This document shows, piece by piece, positions 56,400 to 64,000 of a stretch of DNA of 64,000 nucleotides. The notes under the pieces are model-generated. The model was not told where the DNA came from. It did not search any database and worked only from the letters and a program-made list of their open reading frames with translations. Source of the DNA: Eledone cirrhosa (Eukaryota); contig OZ024759.1 of NCBI GenBank assembly GCA_964016885.1, forward strand, positions 30,318,001 to 30,382,000. Direction: 5' to 3'. A program made the translations under genes and the position numbers. Numbering within the stretch: the first letter of the stretch is position 1; the number at the start of each line of letters is the position of its first letter.

Positions 56400-56759
56400 A
56401 TTTGTTGGAATTCAACAAAACTTAAAAGCTTTATAACTGATATAAAGCACTCAACAGTGGGGGAGTAAATATTCATTATATTAATAAATGGAAACTATAT
56501 ATATATATATATATGGTAGTTCGCCACTAGGTAGAATTGGTCATTCTGGAATGTTATCCATGATGAAATGTCATTTTACCTTATAATATATATATGTGTG
56601 TGTGTGTGTGTATGTATATATATATAAATATATATATACACATACATACATATATATGCGTATACAGATACATACAAATCTTGATGATTTGACATATATA
56701 TTGAATATAGAGAGCCTTGATTTTTTGGGGGGATTCAGGAACGTAACAGAGAATTGTGT

Positions 56760-56894
56760 CCAATGACGTCATATTCCTCAACCAATCATATTGTATCTTT
56801 AAAAAAAATAGCCATTTTGGCCATATTCCTTGCATGAGAGGTGCATTGAAAATCTTCACGTCTTTCTTTGTCACGTTTGAAAACCGTGAAACAG
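56760..56894 (+). promoter_or_regulatory. Candidate Pol II promoter / first exon
   Basis: CCAAT at 56760 and 56782, CRE TGACGTCA at 56764, YY1-like GCCATTTT at 56811, donor cag|gtaatt at 56894. Confidence 0.35.
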
Positions 56895-57059
56895 GTAATT
56901 TATAACTACGCGTTTTGTAAAGCTTTTTTACAAGCTGTTGGACATCAAGTCTGAATACAGAGGAGTCGAACTCTCACTGTCATCGCCTCCACCTCTCTCG
57001 CCCTCTCCATCTCTCACTATTATGAGCAAATGGCGTCCTACGTGCTGGCCACCTCCACG

Positions 57060-57272
57060 GCCTCGGTGGACAGAATAGAGAAGGCGTTTGCCCGGAGGAT
57101 GGTAAGCGAGATGCGCTGAAAGAGCCATTCCACCTCGTCAGCTCAGCGCCTATGGTGGTAAGTAGGGAAGTAGCCCTGGAGCCAAGGATAGCAGAAGTCT
57201 CCACTGCTAGGGGCTCGATTGCTTTCCCATCGGAGAGCAACCGATACGTGGAGAGTTTAGTCTCCTCAGCTC
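57060..57272 (-). pseudogene. CRE-like non-LTR retrotransposon C-terminal remnant
   Basis: AEETKLSTYRLL...IEPLAVETSAILG...LLTTIG; same motif as 2848-3012. Confidence 0.65.
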
Positions 57273-57489
57273 CTAAATTATAGCACATATTTCAAAAAAA
57301 AATTACGTACTATAGCTTTTTTATTGAGAAGCACAAATATGAAACACAATTGATATGTTTCGATACCTTACATATATATATATATAGCACAGCTGATATT
57401 TAAAAGCAAGTATGCACACACACATATATATATATATATACACACACATATATACGTATGGGTTGTATCGAACATTAATAATTGTTTAT

Positions 57490-57672
57490 ACTTTTTGGCA
57501 CAAGGCCAGCAATTATCCAGTGGATTACTGGTACTTTATTTTATCGACCCCGTAAGGATAAAAGGCAAAGTTAACCTCGGCGGGATTTGAACGCAGAATG
57601 GCAAGGACCGTAACTCTATGCTGGAAAGCATGGCGTCCGACCCTCTACCGATACTGCCAATCCACCACCCTT
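57490..57672 (-). mobile_element. Full-length SINE S1
   Basis: Complete head, B box, core and tail. Confidence 0.9.
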
Positions 57673-57738
57673 CAGTCTGTATCGAACATTAATAATAATG
57701 TACGATTCGTTTGTAAACAAACGAACCCGTGTGTGTCA

Positions 57739-57959
<221 letters not shown>

Positions 57960-57995
57960 AAGAAGAAATTAAAAGATATTTAAAAAAGTTCCATG

Positions 57996-58066
57996 TATTT
58001 TATTATGCGCATTTCAAAAACAAATATCATCCAGGGACGATATTTGCGTTCTCATCAGATAAAATA
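57996..58066 (-). ncRNA. Type I hammerhead ribozyme (family B, inverted arm)
   Basis: Reverse complement of 58145-58217 apart from a shorter T run. Confidence 0.85.
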
Positions 58067-58144
58067 GGGAGACATGATATGAAGCTTAAAAAAGACACTA
58101 CTTTGCTCACAAGTGTCTTTTTTAAGCTTCATATCATGTCTCCC

Positions 58145-58217
58145 TATTTTATCTGATGAGAACGCAAATATCGTCCCTGGATGATATTTGTTTTTTTGAA
58201 ATGCGCATAATAAAATA
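58145..58217 (+). ncRNA. Type I hammerhead ribozyme (family B)
   Basis: Stem I tattttat/ataaaata; CTGATGA; stem II caaatatcgtc/gatgatatttg; GAA; palindromic stem III ATGCGCAT; AUA cleavage triplet. Confidence 0.85.
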
Positions 58218-58334
58218 CATGGAACTTTTTGAACCATCTTTTAATTTCTTCTTATATATACTCCAGTCCAATAAACTGTTGAGTGCTACTTATCCGATAT
58301 TTGCATTGCTTTATTGTGCTACAATAAAACTCAC

Positions 58335-58403
<69 letters not shown>

Positions 58404-58464
58404 TTCGTTTTTGAATTGGTTTTGCAAGATTTCTTATCTGAAAACGTGTGTTGAAACAGATATT

Positions 58465-58731
58465 GTTATACTTTGGGAGGGTCATGCTGTTAATAAAAAC
58501 ACATGCACCTGTTGTTTTTCACTTCGTTATTATAAATTTCCAGTTGGTTGGTTCAATAACAGGATGGGTGTTTATATATTGTCAAAAATCTTTCGTCACA
58601 CATTCTGTGACCTCCTTAGTGACTGATTTCTTATTTTAAACCAACCAACGGGAAATTTATAATAAATTGAAGTGAAAACCAACAGGTGCATGTGTTTCTA
58701 TTGGCAGTATGACCCCCCCCCAAAGTATAAC
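58465..58731. repeat. Diverged inverted repeat, ~95 bp arms
   Basis: gttatactttggg...cacatgcacctgttg...ttggttggtt versus aaccaaccaa...caacaggtgcatgtg...cccaaagtataac. Confidence 0.85.
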
Positions 58732-58755
58732 TACATATATATATAATCATATATA

Positions 58756-58805
<50 letters not shown>

Positions 58806-58866
58806 TACATACATTATTTGTACTTACTATAAAAAAATATTTGCTGTACAGGTTTATATATATACT

Positions 58867-58897
<31 letters not shown>

Positions 58898-59513
58898 CCA
58901 CACAATCCTAATTAGGTGGGTATATATAAATTATTGCTCTGTGTGTATAACTATTGTAGGTAGGCAGGATATATCAGTTATTGGGGGTGTATATAACTAT
59001 GGTAGATAGGTGAGTATATATAAATTATAAATAAATTATTAAGGGTGTATAACCTATGGTAGGTAGGTAAGATGGTATATATACATCTATTGGTGGAAAT
59101 GAATAAAATATTTACTAAAAGATAGAATTACTTGAGAAAACCGGAATTAGTAAAGAAACAGTAAAATGGTAATGTTCTTTGTATTGTTGTTGGAAAATAA
59201 CTAATCCATTAACATATAAACCGGCTGTATCCAGCCAGTATTCTCTCACCTGTTTCTCTTCAAACCGGCTCTAACTGGCCACTCATACTGATGTTAAGGT
59301 ATTGTTCTTAATATAAATAATATCAAAATTTCCTAGATTCAATATTATGTGAGTTAAAGCCTTTACTATGAAAATATAATTGTAAATATAATAATATATA
59401 TAGACTAATGTAAATGCTAAAGGCTTAAGGGACCCCATGATATAGTGGGTAACTTATATTAATTGTAAATCTCTTTCCATCTAATATAAAAATGCATTTT
59501 TGTATTCCAACAG

Positions 59514-59562
59514 ATTTGTGTACTAATCAATGAAGATACTGGATATTTCAAATGATGAAAAT
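59514..59562 (+). other. Candidate 49 nt exon, possibly with start codon (MKILDISNDEN)
   Basis: Acceptor tttttgtattccaacag and donor at|gtgagt. Confidence 0.4.
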
Positions 59563-59918
59563 GTGAGTACTTTAGTTTTTATATGTTAATTTGTTGAAAA
59601 AATAATTTCATTCTGATTTCATTGCTAAGGATTCTGGCTGAATATGTTGCATTATAATTGGTACTATGCATGTGCTACAAATGGATTTGTTCATTCAGCT
59701 TGTCATGAGAAAAATAAAAACAAAGATGGCCGCCTAGGATTTATTATGCTTTCCTTTTAGGAATATAACATAAGAGTTTATGTCACTGTTGTAATTATTT
59801 ATACTAAACTCGTCCTATGGACTGAGTGCTCTTACTCTTGTATATTTCCAATTAACTTTTACTTCAGTATATATATATTTATATATATATATATATTTAT
59901 ATATCATCATCATCATCA

Positions 59919-59952
<34 letters not shown>

Positions 59953-60274
59953 CAAAAAATATGCAAAGAAAATCTGAATATATGTAAATATATACACTCA
60001 GCCTATGCATAGAGTGCTTGTTTTGGTACTAGCAAAAGTAATTCACTTAATCACCTACACTATATAATTATAAAGAGTTACTGCATAGATAACAAGCTCT
60101 TGCTGCTTCGACAGAAAGTGAAAAACTGAATTATTTGTTGCTTTCAGCTATTTCCAAATACTGTCTCCTCAGGGGCAGTACCCTAATTTGACTGACATAT
60201 GGTTAAGTACAGATATAGATGAACTAGTGGTTGTGTGGTTATGTGATATATGATTATATATATATATATATATA

Positions 60275-60600
60275 TATAAGGAAAAAAGATGAAATTTGAA
60301 AATGCAACTGGAGTCTTTTTTTAAATATTTATTTGGTTCCTTTACCGGTTTTGCAGTTCTTGTGCTTTTCAAAATTAGAATTGAGATGGAGGGTTTGTGG
60401 TTTTTCTCGCAAACCACAAACCCTCCATCTCAATTCTACTTTTGAAAAGCACAAGAACTGCAAAACCGGTACAGGAACCAAATAAATATTTTAAAAAAGT
60501 CTCCAGTTGCATTTTCGATTTCATCTTTTTTCCTTATACTTTCACACGTGTGGCACATCTTGTTTTTTTTTCATTTTGTAAATAAACCCAACTTTCTAAT
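60275..60600. mobile_element. TA-embedded fold-back element, ~128 bp arms (60275-60403 / 60411-60538) plus tail
   Basis: Near-perfect arms; degenerate hammerhead-like ttgaaaa gca caagaac tgc aaa ACCGGT A. Confidence 0.75.
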
Positions 60601-61222
60601 ATATATATATAGAGTGTTTGTCTGTGTGTGTGAGGCAGAGAGAAAGAGAATGTGTGTGTATGTCTGTATTTATATATATATATATTGAAGAAGGGACATA
60701 TATCATAAGAGTAGAAGAGAAAGATCTATGATATAATATATTTTTGCTTATCTATATATATTATATGGATGAGATGATAACTAGTTATGACTAATAAGAC
60801 TATTGTTCACCTTAGTACTCTAAACTTGAGGTAAGTACAGTGTAGATATTGTTAGAAAATCTTTGTTCAATTCAATAGCAATAATTTCACATTTGTTATT
60901 GGAATGGTTTAAGCTTAGCAGTTGAGAAGCATAGTAGATAGGTGTAGAATGATATATATATATATATATATACTTATATATATATACACATATGTTTGTA
61001 TATATATATATATATACATATATGTATATACATATATGTATAATACACATATATATATGTATATATGTATACAAACATATATGTATATATACACATATGT
61101 ATATAAGATGCAGCTATCTTTATATATTCTTTCCTTTATTGTATTATAAGTGTGAAAAATGTAATATACATACATATGAATGTGATGTTTTTATCATATA
61201 TATGGGTGTATATATATATACA

Positions 61223-61293
<71 letters not shown>

Positions 61294-61297
<4 letters not shown>

Positions 61298-61499
61298 TGG
61301 GTAATAGGAACCAGTAAGACCCCGACAGCTGAGCTCAAGCCGTTTCGACGGCTAATTCTGGCCGTCCAGAATTAGCCGTCGAAACGGCTTGAGCTCAGCT
61401 GTCGGGGTCTTACTGGTTCCTATTACCCACTCTACTACCTCAAGTATTGAGTACTTTGGTGCGTTATGGTCCACCTGGTTCCTTACCACATTTCCTTCG

Positions 61500-61500
<1 letters not shown>
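61294..61500. mobile_element. Family A fold-back element with perfect 68 bp arms
   Basis: Arms 61294-61361 and 61366-61433, then tail into (TA)n. Confidence 0.9.
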
Positions 61501-61554
<54 letters not shown>

Positions 61555-61565
<11 letters not shown>

Positions 61566-62150
61566 GATGTCTGTCTGTGTGTGTGTGTGTGTGAGTTTGA
61601 ATCCCTAAAACTCGAGAACCACCCAACCGACTGTTTTCAAACGTTACACATGTAATACTTATGTTTCAGGGAGTGTTCTGAGCAAACAAAATTTCAAATT
61701 TTCAATGCCCTAGGGGCCACATTAGGCGATTTAGCAATCTCGCTCTATAATTCTTAGTCTTTCTCTTTTTAGATAGATACATACATATAACGTCGCGCCC
61801 TTATAATATCTGTCTGTATGTCTGGCTGTCTGCATTACGTCACTTCCTTGAGGATGTCTGTCTCTGTGTGTGTGTCTGTGTCTGTGAGTTTGAATCCCTA
61901 AAATTCGAGAAGTATCCAACCAATCTCTTTCAAATGTTACATGTGTATTACTTATGTTTCAGGGAGTATTATGTGCATAAAATTCAACTTTTTGATCTTC
62001 TAGTCCCTGCATTAGCTGAAAAACTGCGTTTTTTAAGCTTTTTATGGGTTTTTGAGGCGTTACATCAGACCGATTTCCTTGAAATTGTAACTATGTATTA
62101 GTCAGTCTCTTCTTCATACTGTGAGCAAAGAAAATTCAACTTTTTTATGG
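61555..62150 (+). mobile_element. Duplicated Helitron/DINE-like non-autonomous repeat 5' region
   Basis: gaggatgtctgtct(gt)ngagtttgaatccctaaaa.tcgagaa at ~61563 and ~61850; hairpin+CTAG end-like sequence near 53468-53500. Confidence 0.4.
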
Positions 62151-62159
62151 CCTATATAT

Positions 62160-62440
62160 ATACTTGCATATATTCATAGAGTACTAATTTTCCATTCTGT
62201 TGTGTAGCATATTGCAGCAAAGCTATCCATTGCACTGATGTGTAGAGTAGTACCATGTCAGCTACAAATTCTAACCAATATATCCTACACCTTCTGGATT
62301 TGATAGTACATCCAACCCTGCTGTGCATTTCAGTCTTGTTCATGAAGATTATGAACAGGAAAGGTGATACTCTATATCCTTGACAGGGCCTAACATATAA
62401 ATCAAATGGTTTCAATTGCATACTACTGTAGAACCTTTCA
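62160..62440 (-). pseudogene. LINE reverse transcriptase remnant
   Basis: PCQGYRVSPFLFIIFMN...LEFVADMVLL resembles QG..LSP.LF and FADD motifs. Confidence 0.75.
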
Positions 62441-63214
62441 CATCAAGTCCTGCAGTAAGCGGTTGTATGCCTATTAAGTGTGCACCTATTAGTAATACTC
62501 CCTAGACCTCTTGAAGACCTACTCCAGTGTGAGTATTTCTTTGGCTCTTCTGCATCCCGGGCATAAAACACATTGTTTATATGTGAGCTTGCATTGAATA
62601 ATATCCCTACATTTCTTTGCCTGACACTTTACTGGGCAGGCTCAACAAAGACATTTCTCTATAATTAGAGCAATTTCTCTTGTCTCCCTTTGTAAAAATT
62701 GGGCTTGATTGGTCACTCTCAGGGTTCATTTAGAGCCAGCCAGATCAACTGGAGACAGTTACTTCTGATAGGGCACGGAGGGGTCCTTTTGGAAAGTGTG
62801 TCTAAGGACTCTCCTATATGACTCTCCCAGGAATAGGTGGGCAAAGATAATACATACATATACATTTACTCTTTTACTTTGACCTGTTCCAGCCATCCGG
62901 CTGAGGCCATGCTGTATATATACACACATGTATATATACATGTATGAATGCACACACACACATATATATATATTATCATCATCGTTTATATATACAAATA
63001 CATACACACACACACACACACATACAGACATATATATCTATATACACACATACATGCACATATATACACACATACATGCACATATATACACACATATACA
63101 TGCACTTGGCCTGGGCATCGAGTGTTCATATTGGTACCATGACCCCTTACACACTAAATCACCTACACTATATACATATATATTATATATATATATGCAA
63201 AGCATAAACAAATT

Positions 63215-63780
63215 GAGAGAGAGACTGAGCATAAGAGGAGGTTGCATTGGTATGGACATGTGATGCGTATGAAGGATGACAGCTGCATAAAAAGGTGGAG
63301 AGTACTAAAAGGCGATGGAAGCCGCAGAGTGGGGAGACCAAAGAAGACCTGGGATGAGGTGATAAAAGCCGACCTTACCCAATTGCACATCTCAAGGGCG
63401 ATGACACACGACCATGACCTCTGGCGTCACACAGTAATACAGAAGACCCGATGTCCCACGGGTACAAGCTGAAGCATATAGACAATATACCCCCAACCCC
63501 TCCCACTGCAAAGTGGTCATGGAGGTGCCATGGCAAAAAAGCACCCAGCCCACACTTTAAAGTGGACGTGTAGGCACTACGGAAAAAAAGCACCCAGCAC
63601 TCACTGTAAATGAGATTGGTGTTAGGAAGGGCATCCAGCTGTAGAAATCAAGCCAGAATCAGTTCCCTTATGAGGACTTGATACTGCCCACAACAGGACA
63701 ACACGTTTAACCCATGCTAGCGTGGAAGAATGGACGTAAAACGGTGATGATGATGATGGTGATGATGATGATGATGATAT
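63215..63780 (+). mobile_element. RTE LINE 3' end with 3' UTR and (gat)n tail
   Basis: HWYGHVMRMKDDSCIK...GRPKKTWDEVIKADL...DLWR; ends ggacgtaaaacggtgatgatgat. Confidence 0.85.
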
Positions 63781-64000
63781 ATTAGGCATAAACCAAAGTT
63801 TTAGCTGTTGCACAGCAAGTACTATTCGATTTGTTTGGGGCAATCACAAAGCACTCATTGGAGCGAAAGTTAAAAAACATGACAGTTATGAAGTGAAAAC
63901 CAACGGAAGCCACTGACCTTACATATAACAGAACGACGATAGATACAGAAAAGTTTATATCCATACATATATATATATATATATATATACAGTTGATAGA

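Overview
AT-rich eukaryotic DNA saturated with (TA)n/(CA)n/(GA)n microsatellites; the SINE and repeat families look cephalopod (Octopus-like, an inference). There is no intact protein-coding gene, and nearly all ORF-track entries are microsatellite artefacts. Content: many copies of a tRNA-headed SINE (often head-to-tail), RTE, Tx1/L1-like and CRE-like LINE remnants, mariner/Tc1/pogo/piggyBac-like DNA transposon relics, a 5'-truncated 5S rRNA copy fused into a SINE array, several minisatellites, and a few weak candidate exons plus a promoter near 54-60 kb. The most notable pattern is a set of short, (TA)n-embedded elements from several unrelated families that carry type I hammerhead-ribozyme motifs (CTGANGA...GAAA, palindromic or short stem III, NUH site). 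Several form copy-specific fold-back palindromes: (TA)n-[inverted arm]-[ribozyme segment + ~100 nt tail]-(TA)n. This fits Penelope-like element pseudo-LTR remnants inserted by two TA-primed events. All structures were paired by eye; no folding or database search was run, and repeat boundaries are approximate.
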